A program made the translations under genes and the position numbers. Below the pieces are notes generated by a model. The model saw only the letters and a list, made by a program, of their open reading frames with translations, was not told where the DNA came from and ran no database searches. From a virus, in IMG/VR virus record IMGVR_UViG_3300045988_130116: DNA of 64,000 bases; one strand, written 5' to 3'. This document shows, piece by piece, positions 54,901 to 61,992 of the stretch; the first letter of the stretch is position 1, and each line of letters opens with the position of its first letter.

Positions 54901-57900
54901 ATAAATATTTAAGATTTGGAGCAAAATATTTATATGCTTGTCATGGCAATAGATATTTCCAAATAAAAAGATGGTTAAAAGAAAGATTGTTATATTGTGA
55001 TACTTTATTTGGATACGAACCTTCTACCTCTAACTTTGTTACTGTTCGTTGTAATAAACAAGGTAAGGTTTCAATGAACATATCAACTTATAGTCCTATG
55101 TATTTATCTGTAAAATGGAGAGACGAAGCAGATGGCAGCGGAATACAAACGTTAAAAATACCTAGAAATAAATCAGTTAAATTTAGTTATACGATTCCTA
55201 CTGCTACAGATCAGGAAGTTATTATATATGGAGCAGAATACATCAAGTCTTTAGGAGATTTAAGTACCTGCAATCCAACTCACTTACTTTTATCAAATGC
55301 TACGAGAATAAATGAGGTAATATGTAGAAACAGTTCAAAATTAGTAAATGCAGAAATAAATGGTTGCAGCTATTTACAAAAAATAGATTTTAACGGCTGT
55401 TCTAATTTAGGTAGTTTAACCAGTTATCAGGTTATGGAATTAGCTACCTGTCAAAACTTGAAATATTTAGATATAAGAGGAACAAAAATGACAGGGGTAA
55501 ACTTTGATAATAATGGTGGTAACTTAGAGGAAATATATCTTCCTAAAACAATAACATCATTATACTTGAGAAACCAATATGCTTTAAAAATTGTAGGTTT
55601 GACAAGTGTTAGTTGGTACTCTCCGTTTCATACAGAGGCTTTAAGCGGAGCAAGTGATATAACATCATTTACATTAATTAATTGTCCTTTAGTAGAAAGA
55701 CTTACTACCCGTTCAGATATAAGTATGAGTGGATGGAATCAAACATTTTATGATTTTAATGGGAATGCAAGGAATGTGGATACATTAGGAGATTATGAAG
55801 ACGCTACTAAGTTTAGAAAGATGGCTCTTTTTGGACTAGGATTATGCAATGCAACTTCTATTCATATAGAAAACAGTATGTTATCTACTAGATATATGTC
55901 TTTTAGATTTAATTATAGACTAGAAGAATTAACATTAAAATACCTACCTAATCTTCAAGAGTTGACTATTGGAGAAACTCAAACAGGACATAGATGGAAT
56001 GTAACAGATGATATGTGTGGTTCTTTTGATTTTAATAATATTAATATCACAGAATGTCCTAATATAAAAACATTTAGAATACATCAATATGATGAGAGAC
56101 AACCTAAATGGTTTAATAGTGGAACTAATGTAATAGATTTAACTAAGTTTGAAAATCTTGAAACATTTACTTGTAATATTACTACTCAAGATTTGAACAC
56201 GATAATTCTTCCTTCTACATTAAAGACGATATGGATTAAGCCGATGTGTGGATTCTCTAGTACTAATTATCCTAATAACTGTTTAAAATCAAAATGTACT
56301 TTAAAGAATATATATTTTAAAGAAGACCATCCAAACGGATATGAAGGAATAGATTTTGGAAATAGGGAATTAACAGAATTATGTTTATCTGGAGTAATTC
56401 AATCAACAGGAATTATTAAAGGAGTAAATACTAAAAATACCTATGTTAGTCCTGTATTTAATAATATGGATGAAAAAGAAAGAGGCTCTGAATTATATCC
56501 TCAAGTAAAAGTTCAGGGTAAAATAAACTTATCTAATTATGATTGGACGGAAGCATACTGGTGGTTTACAAATGTTGATTTTACTTCTGATAATTTAGAA
56601 TTTATTATGCCTAATGACTGGGATTATCTAATAGATACTCGTCTGAAAAGAGTAAGAGGCATATTCTTTGATTGTAAGAATTCTGATTTTACTTGGGAAT
56701 TTGCAGGTAGATTCTTTAAGTTATTACAAAATAGAGATGACTTAGGAAGAACTTATAAATATGCAATACTTCAAGAACAATCTTCTTATGAAGAACAGGC
56801 GGTTACAATAGAAAATAATTATGATATAGCAGATTATAACTATGGAGACACACCTTTTGTTGGCTCTAATCTTAAATACATTAGAGAATGTAATTTTAAA
56901 GGAAACGCTATAGCATACGGTACTTTTAGAAGTTCAAACCTTGTAAAAGTTGGAACAATAAATTGTCAAGGTAGTTATGTGTGGTGGACTTCTGAAAGTT
57001 TGTTCCAAAACAGTAAAAACTTAGAAGAAGTAGAGTGCATCAATATGACTGGGGCTAATAGTACCACAAATTGGTTTGCTAGTTGTCCTAAATTGAAAAG
57101 AGTTGGAACAGTAAATGTAAATGCGAAGAATGTAAATCAAATGTATGCTTATTGTCCTCAACTAACAGAATTAGCATTGCCTACTTTAACTAATGTAGAG
57201 AGAATGAGTGGGTTTGTTAGAGGTTGTACTTCTTTAACTGAATTACATCTTAATGAAATAACAGAAAACACTCCTTTAGAATATATGGACTGGGCATTTA
57301 GAGATTGTCCTAATTTAACTTCTGTAACTATTGGAGGGGCTACTCTACCCCCAACATTGGTAACAATGGAGGGAGCGTATTATGGAGATAAAAAGCTTAC
57401 AAAAGTAATTCCTTTGCCTAATGATTTCAGTAATAAATGCAATATGAGTTCTTGTTGCTATGGTTGTTCTTCATTAACAGACGATAATATATATAAAACT
57501 CTTCCATATAATGTAAGTAATATGGATTATATTTATTATGCTTGTCATGGATTGGTAAATCCTTCTATAGTAGTTAATTCTGATAGAACAAGTTCTAAAC
57601 ATTGTTTCGAAGGTTGTAGCAATATGAAATCTATTAGAGCAGAATTTAATGGCACATATTCTTATGGATTTAGTAGTTTTTGTAATAACTGCGGAGAACT
57701 TACAGATGCCTATATTAAATTTCCTTATTCTCTATATTTTAATGATGATGCACAGACTTGCTCTGAAAATGGTAATATATTTGCTTATTGTAAAAAGCTT
57801 ATAAATGTAGAATTGAATATGACTAGATTAGAAAGTAAATCAGATTTTAGAGCAATGTTTAGACAGGATAAATATATAGAATCTATAAAAGGATTTGATT

Positions 57901-58205
57901 TAAGCAATCTTCATAGAGATGATAGAAGACCAAATGATAACGCTTGGTATTTTACTTATGATACATCTTTTGAATTTATGAAGGATTGGGTATTTGCGAC
58001 AGACGAAAATGGTAATACTAAAAAATTAACAAATTCATATAAGATGTATAATTTAGAATTAACTCCTGCTGCTACTATAGAATCTCTTATGAATGGGTTA
58101 GGAACAGTACAAGCAGAAACATTAACATTAGGTCAAGCAACTTTAAATAGATTATCGGAAGAACAAAAAGCTAATGCAGTAGCAAATGGTTGGACTTTAG
58201 CGTAG
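51999..58205 (+). CDS. giant (2068 aa) fibre protein: fibre N-terminus, Ig-like repeats, LamG-like, CotH-like and BspA-type leucine-rich-repeat regions
   Basis: Fibre-like N-terminus (NVEGALRELG). Poly-Gly linker. Three roughly 90-aa beta-rich repeats. LamG-like LVLNGNTYVEID...FTLDMVFSVED. CotH-like YWQGTSSIQYANKNFNIEL ... GFPMLLYINDEFVGLYDFNLD ... GKNMKIVTFDGVKWYLQVYDLDSLMG. Many C-x-x-L-x-x-h repeats in the C-terminal 900 aa. Confidence 0.65.
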   Translation: MPTIRKYNKETEKYKRIATSDALEVAILDAEGNFESDNVEGALRELGDAKGQIEVNRGIIDAVNSTLTDHIKNHPGGGGGGGTMPTISTDWNETSIDGDKDFTIPIYFTSPNLGEGTLYVLINNVETSIQTISQGNNTIKIPALGSGKKRLSIYVRDRGQLMSNQLTWDIVCGGIKLTVTMNTDIDYTLKDRILLTYNIDCDLQTDINTIITIDGTEYTVKSNKGYNSYEIKGLTVGIHKVEIYATADVYSTPSQVFNVIIVATEQLFITSTFDTTKQYEKGQPMNINYRVSIANTDYYTINMYVDDFEKPIKTLSQQPGNYYWTFTPEFELGKHTLRIEAYNSDKSKTATLDLPFELVASSYQAMEYVSTGLIASFNAKNRTNSDVDRGYWVDDINGYIGRLYNSNYGTNGWIDGELVLNGNTYVEIDMTPFSDNVTRGFTLDMVFSVEDIGNPLARVIDCTSLSAPYPGLYVNPYKANLATVSHKTELDIGQGEDIQITFMIDRVSKFGKVFINGVCCDPFQLSDSSSGSQIIYEQIKHEEKIYLNSEKGTSNFGSCKIKRIMMYERELSDEEVLQNRIADMKIEEQEEEYNKNYNDAYMPCMYIYGDISNMTLTNKKEVRIKYVSPNADLYGSSFEYPRCKMYWQGTSSIQYANKNFNIELGDSDGNQVFYTPFKNGILEYLFCLKCNQMESSNVMNTGSAMFVNDNLYVEKNPAQLKNDKVRQAIEGFPMLLYINDEFVGLYDFNLDRYSYRSYGYNLFDKCLAYEVSANSDTTAGAFNSWTSSSGKTEQNYYASDFECLYPPSRQNGNDNFAELKTLVDFVSGADEDLFKEQFDTYFDRQSVFRYYLFVQVFGGIDSLGKNMKIVTFDGVKWYLQVYDLDSLMGLDNTGALTFDVDIEVESGVFNTSNSKLWSKIRLYFANELKQEYINMRNGVFTLENMYKYFYDNQMDKIPVRYYNKSTEYKYLRFGAKYLYACHGNRYFQIKRWLKERLLYCDTLFGYEPSTSNFVTVRCNKQGKVSMNISTYSPMYLSVKWRDEADGSGIQTLKIPRNKSVKFSYTIPTATDQEVIIYGAEYIKSLGDLSTCNPTHLLLSNATRINEVICRNSSKLVNAEINGCSYLQKIDFNGCSNLGSLTSYQVMELATCQNLKYLDIRGTKMTGVNFDNNGGNLEEIYLPKTITSLYLRNQYALKIVGLTSVSWYSPFHTEALSGASDITSFTLINCPLVERLTTRSDISMSGWNQTFYDFNGNARNVDTLGDYEDATKFRKMALFGLGLCNATSIHIENSMLSTRYMSFRFNYRLEELTLKYLPNLQELTIGETQTGHRWNVTDDMCGSFDFNNINITECPNIKTFRIHQYDERQPKWFNSGTNVIDLTKFENLETFTCNITTQDLNTIILPSTLKTIWIKPMCGFSSTNYPNNCLKSKCTLKNIYFKEDHPNGYEGIDFGNRELTELCLSGVIQSTGIIKGVNTKNTYVSPVFNNMDEKERGSELYPQVKVQGKINLSNYDWTEAYWWFTNVDFTSDNLEFIMPNDWDYLIDTRLKRVRGIFFDCKNSDFTWEFAGRFFKLLQNRDDLGRTYKYAILQEQSSYEEQAVTIENNYDIADYNYGDTPFVGSNLKYIRECNFKGNAIAYGTFRSSNLVKVGTINCQGSYVWWTSESLFQNSKNLEEVECINMTGANSTTNWFASCPKLKRVGTVNVNAKNVNQMYAYCPQLTELALPTLTNVERMSGFVRGCTSLTELHLNEITENTPLEYMDWAFRDCPNLTSVTIGGATLPPTLVTMEGAYYGDKKLTKVIPLPNDFSNKCNMSSCCYGCSSLTDDNIYKTLPYNVSNMDYIYYACHGLVNPSIVVNSDRTSSKHCFEGCSNMKSIRAEFNGTYSYGFSSFCNNCGELTDAYIKFPYSLYFNDDAQTCSENGNIFAYCKKLINVELNMTRLESKSDFRAMFRQDKYIESIKGFDLSNLHRDDRRPNDNAWYFTYDTSFEFMKDWVFATDENGNTKKLTNSYKMYNLELTPAATIESLMNGLGTVQAETLTLGQATLNRLSEEQKANAVANGWTLA

Positions 58206-58213
58206 GTGATTAT

Positions 58214-58795
58214 ATGAATAATATAGAAATAATAGAAAAAAAAGGCTATAGAATATTAAGACCAAAAGAGGGTTATGTCCTTTATAAAGATGGAGAAATC
58301 TTTGAAGGGGATGTGATACTAGGAGTCAATGCGACTCCTAGTGCTTATTCTACTATAGAGGATGTAAACTATAAAGAAGTACAAAAGAAAATTGAAGAAT
58401 TAGACCCCCTTAAAGAATTGAAAGAACAGAGAATTGAGTTGAGTAAAAATAATTTAGCACAATATCTTAAAGACAATCCATTGTTTTCTACTGTTAAATA
58501 TGAAGAAGGAAGATATTACAATGTTACAATGGAAAAACAACAGTTATTAACAAGTACTTTGCTTTCATATCAGTTAGACAACATATTCGGAACAGAATCA
58601 AACTTGAAATGGAATGATACTAAAAATGTATGCGAACCTTATTCTTTTGAACAGTTAGGAAGGTTATCTAAGGAGATAAAATTATATGTTGAGCCTTTAG
58701 TAGAAAAACAACAACAAATGGAGGTTAATATTAGAAATTGCAAGACAGAAGAAGAAGTGTTTAGTATTAAATTAGATTTTGAAGGAGTTGATTAG
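58214..58795 (+). CDS. hypothetical protein
   Basis: ATG 58214 follows TAGGTGA. The track start at 58190 overlaps the previous gene. Confidence 0.5.
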   Translation: MNNIEIIEKKGYRILRPKEGYVLYKDGEIFEGDVILGVNATPSAYSTIEDVNYKEVQKKIEELDPLKELKEQRIELSKNNLAQYLKDNPLFSTVKYEEGRYYNVTMEKQQLLTSTLLSYQLDNIFGTESNLKWNDTKNVCEPYSFEQLGRLSKEIKLYVEPLVEKQQQMEVNIRNCKTEEEVFSIKLDFEGVD

Positions 58796-59644
58796 ATGAA
58801 AGATACGTTAAAAACGCAAGGTGTAACACGCCCTGTAATAGGTATAAAAAAATTAATTGATTATTATAATGAAAATTATACTAAAAAGAAAGAATATATA
58901 TGTAAAGATTTAAAACCCACTAGAATGTTAAGTAAAGATGAATATTATAAAATTTTAAACGATGCTGGTCTCCTAATACCACAAGAAGTGCGTTACTATC
59001 CACTATTTAAAATATCGAAAATAAAAAACAATAGACCGAGAACTATTTCTTATATTTTTAAAATAGACAATGAAGAATATGAAGGAGTTACGGGACGCAT
59101 TCAGGAAAATGTATATGAAGACGATGACACTAGAATTACAATAAATGGAGATGAAGTTTTTTTAGCACCAAACAATGTGTTTATAGACACAGAAGCCTGT
59201 TCTCTTACATTATATATAGATTCTCTTGAATTACCTAAATTAGAATATCCTAAAAATAAAATGGATATGTACAGAGCATATAATTTTATAAGTACAATAG
59301 TTAATTCCATTGAGGACTATTCTTTAAGGGGTTATATAGAAGATATAAAACTCCCATATCCTAATAACATAGATGAAATTAACTTATATTTTGATGAAAT
59401 ATGGCATTGTGATGATTTTAACCTTAGAGAAAATGCTTATTTTGTAAATCCTAATAAAGATAATTATTATACAGTATTAGATGCAATTAAAAAAGGTAAA
59501 TCTATATATATGGGTAGTAAAAATATTTTGCCTTATTGGACAATAAACAAAGAAGAAAAAAGTATAACGCTTAAAAGTCTTAACAGCGGAATTAATATCA
59601 CGCTATTTGAAAATGGATTAAGCCAAAGCCAACCATTAGAGTAA
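58796..59644 (+). CDS. hypothetical protein carrying the YP(K/R)x-KLP(K/Y)P module
   Basis: LEYPKNKMDMYRAYNFI...IEDIKLPYPNNIDE resembles the N-terminal modules of the 59664, 60011 and 61993 genes. Confidence 0.5.
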   Translation: MKDTLKTQGVTRPVIGIKKLIDYYNENYTKKKEYICKDLKPTRMLSKDEYYKILNDAGLLIPQEVRYYPLFKISKIKNNRPRTISYIFKIDNEEYEGVTGRIQENVYEDDDTRITINGDEVFLAPNNVFIDTEACSLTLYIDSLELPKLEYPKNKMDMYRAYNFISTIVNSIEDYSLRGYIEDIKLPYPNNIDEINLYFDEIWHCDDFNLRENAYFVNPNKDNYYTVLDAIKKGKSIYMGSKNILPYWTINKEEKSITLKSLNSGINITLFENGLSQSQPLE

Positions 59645-59663
59645 TAAAGAAAGGAGTTTAAAC

Positions 59664-60011
59664 ATGAACGAATTAATTAAACTATATAATAATAAATATT
59701 CTAAAATAGAATATCCAAAAACTAAATTAGATTTTTACTATGTTTATTTATTTTTACAAAATAAAATAAATGAATACGATGATGATGAATTAAGAAAATT
59801 ATTTGAGAAAATAGAAATACCAAAACCAACAACTTTAAAAGAGTTAGACGTTTATAGAGAGTGTGTTGATTTTATTAATGGTATTAGAATTTCTAAAACA
59901 GGAAACAAAAGTGTCCATCCTCTTAATGAGGGTTTTCATAAATTGGGGTTTCATGAGGTTTATGAAGAAAATGGATGTTTATATTATTATTTGGAGGGAG
60001 TGCTGAATTAA
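59664..60011 (+). CDS. small protein, MNELIK/YPKT paralog family
   Basis: MNELIKLYNNKYSKIEYPKTKLDFYYVYLFLQNK...IEIPKPTTLKE. AAGGAG RBS. Confidence 0.55.
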   Translation: MNELIKLYNNKYSKIEYPKTKLDFYYVYLFLQNKINEYDDDELRKLFEKIEIPKPTTLKELDVYRECVDFINGIRISKTGNKSVHPLNEGFHKLGFHEVYEENGCLYYYLEGVLN

Positions 60012-60427
60012 TGAATAAAATAATAAATAAATATAACGACTTATTTGGTGATGTATTTTATCTTCCATATCCAAAAACAGATTTACAAATATTAAAAACA
60101 TATAAATTTTTATCTCGTATACAAAATAATGAAATACAAGAGATGTTAAAAGATATTAAATTGCCTAAAATAGATTCATGGAAAGATTATTTTTCTTTAA
60201 ATGAAGATGGAAACGAATATTATACTATAAGTGTGCCAAAAGACCCAGACAAATGGGAGAATGAAATAGATGAGATAGAAGAAGCTATAAGAAAAGGTAA
60301 GATTATTTTAGTAGAAAATGATGAAGGTATAATATGTACTGCTAAAAGTGTGGAAATAAATTTGGAAACCAAAGAGATACAGATTGCAACTGAAGGTTCT
60401 GATTATGGGAATATGATACCCGTATAA
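60011..60427 (+). CDS. small protein, MNELIK/YPKT paralog family
   Basis: TAATG stop/start overlap. MNKIINKYNDLFGDVFYLPYPKTDLQILKTYKFL...IKLPKIDSWKD. Confidence 0.55.
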   Translation: MNKIINKYNDLFGDVFYLPYPKTDLQILKTYKFLSRIQNNEIQEMLKDIKLPKIDSWKDYFSLNEDGNEYYTISVPKDPDKWENEIDEIEEAIRKGKIILVENDEGIICTAKSVEINLETKEIQIATEGSDYGNMIPV

Positions 60428-60466
60428 AGAACTAATTAAATTAATTAAACACTTATAAATAATTTA

Positions 60467-60494
60467 GAGTAGGGGCAACCCCTACTCTTTTTTT
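60467..60494 (+). terminator. Rho-independent terminator (copy A of a repeated cassette boundary)
   Basis: GAGTAGGGG, CAA, CCCCTACTC, then T7. Confidence 0.8.
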
Positions 60495-60514
60495 AATATA
60501 AAGGAGATGGTTTT

Positions 60515-61300
60515 ATGGTATCAAAACCAAAAATGATAGAAAGTTTTATTACAAAAAATAAATATAGTAGACCCGGAACAAAACGTTCAAGAACTACTAA
60601 AATAGCATGGCATTATACTGGTGCACATGATGTATCTGCTAAAGCAACTATGAATTACTTTAAAAACTTAGCAACAACACACACAACTTATGCAAGTTCT
60701 CACTTTGTATGTGGACTTGAGGGAGAAATATATTATATAGTTCCTATGAGCGAAATAGCATATACAACTAACAGTGCAAACTATTATTCTATCGGTATAG
60801 AATGTGCAACTACTGGAACTGATGACCATTATTCAGATAAAGAATACGTGTCTATGGTTAAATTAGGAGCTTGGTTGGCTCAATATTACGGACTAGACCC
60901 TAGAAAAGACTTTATAAGACATTATGATGTAACTAGAAAGATATGTCCAAGATATTTCGTTAATCATAAAGATAAATGGAATCAATTTAAATTAGATTGC
61001 TATAATCTTAAAGAAGGTAAAATAAAAGTATCTGATATTGTGAATTGTACTAATGGGGGAAAACATACTTCTAAAGTACCTAGTACTACAACTAAAAAAC
61101 AATATTTAAGAGTGCTTCAAGATGTTAATGTACATAGCACTCCTGACTTTAAGTCTAGTTCTGTTTGTGGTAAAGCAGAAAAAGGAGAAGCACTTACTAT
61201 TGTTAAAAAGATAGAGAGATCAGGAACAGATATGTATTTAGTAAAAGCAGGTTATTATATAACTGCTAGTAGTAAATATGTAGAAGTATTTGAGAGATAG
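60515..61300 (+). CDS. endolysin: N-acetylmuramoyl-L-alanine amidase (Amidase_2/PGRP type) with a C-terminal binding domain
   Basis: KIAWHYTGA...SSHFVCGLEGEIYYIVP...AYTTNSANYYSIGIECA...RHYDVTRKICPRYF. The C-terminal roughly 80 aa look SH3-like. Confidence 0.8.
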   Translation: MVSKPKMIESFITKNKYSRPGTKRSRTTKIAWHYTGAHDVSAKATMNYFKNLATTHTTYASSHFVCGLEGEIYYIVPMSEIAYTTNSANYYSIGIECATTGTDDHYSDKEYVSMVKLGAWLAQYYGLDPRKDFIRHYDVTRKICPRYFVNHKDKWNQFKLDCYNLKEGKIKVSDIVNCTNGGKHTSKVPSTTTKKQYLRVLQDVNVHSTPDFKSSSVCGKAEKGEALTIVKKIERSGTDMYLVKAGYYITASSKYVEVFER

Positions 61301-61310
61301 CGTTAATTAA

Positions 61311-61346
61311 ATGAATGAATTAATTAAATATAATAATTTAGAGTAG
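61311..61346 (+). pseudogene. 11-codon remnant of an MNELIK-family gene start
   Basis: ATG AAT GAA TTA ATT AAA TAT AAT AAT TTA GAG TAG matches the first roughly 27 nt of the 59664 and 61993 genes, then runs into the terminator stem. Confidence 0.5.
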
Positions 61347-61366
61347 GGATTGCCCTACTCTTTTTT
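61341..61366 (+). terminator. Rho-independent terminator (copy B of the repeated cassette boundary)
   Basis: GAGTAGGG, ATTG, CCCTACTC, then T6. Confidence 0.8.
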
Positions 61367-61390
61367 ATTAAATACAAGGAGATGTAAAAT

Positions 61391-61654
61391 ATGGACAACA
61401 AAAATAAGGTTAAGAAAAAACGTAGTACTAGAAAGTGGGTAATACCTCTAGTAATCACATCTATATTTGCTTTTACAGGTATTGCAATATGGTTACAATA
61501 TGCTACTAACACAGAGTTATCTTCAACTTTAATAACTTGTTTCTACGGATTTTGTGGTGGTGAGCTTTGGTTATTAGCATCTATCACAAAAACAAAAACA
61601 AAGAATAGTAATAGTGAAAATATAAATACTGATGATTCAGAAGGAGAGGAATAA
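61391..61654 (+). CDS. putative holin (two TM segments, basic N-terminus, charged C-terminus)
   Basis: KKKRSTRKWVIPLVITSIFAFTGIAIWL and LITCFYGFCGGELWLLASI. Adjacent to the endolysin. Confidence 0.5.
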   Translation: MDNKNKVKKKRSTRKWVIPLVITSIFAFTGIAIWLQYATNTELSSTLITCFYGFCGGELWLLASITKTKTKNSNSENINTDDSEGEE

Positions 61655-61656
61655 AA

Positions 61657-61992
61657 ATGGATGTTCAAACTATTTTAATATTATTTATAATAGCTATAGC
61701 TGTTATATATGCAGTATACAAATTTATTAGTTTAAGTAAAGAAAGACAAGTAGAAAATATCAAACAATGGCTTATATTTGCCTGTCTTGAAGCCGAAAAA
61801 ATGTTAGGTAGTAAAACAGGCAAAGTGAAATTAAGATATGTGTATGATTTATTTGTTAGCAAATATAAATTTATATCTTGTCTTATCCCATTTGATACTT
61901 TTAGTAAATGGGTAGATGACTCATTAATAGACATGAGAAATATGATAAGCACTAATAAAGCTATCAAAAAGATAGTAGAGGGTGATAATTAA
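61657..61992 (+). CDS. membrane-anchored protein (LL-H-type holin-like layout: one N-terminal TM plus a soluble domain)
   Basis: MDVQTILILFIIAIAVIYAVYKFISL, followed by a charged helical domain. Confidence 0.45.
   Translation: MDVQTILILFIIAIAVIYAVYKFISLSKERQVENIKQWLIFACLEAEKMLGSKTGKVKLRYVYDLFVSKYKFISCLIPFDTFSKWVDDSLIDMRNMISTNKAIKKIVEGDN

Noticed and set aside
24647-58205. The many 60-110-aa minus-strand ORFs nested in the large structural genes (for example 26755-27033, 30535-30723, 38815-39042, 39466-39714, 43113-43364, 46407-46667, 53453-53850)
   Set aside because: All lie antisense within long, clearly coding plus-strand genes. They lack RBSs and have Leu/Ser/Phe/Ile-rich antisense composition. 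This is expected by chance in purine-skewed AT-rich coding DNA.
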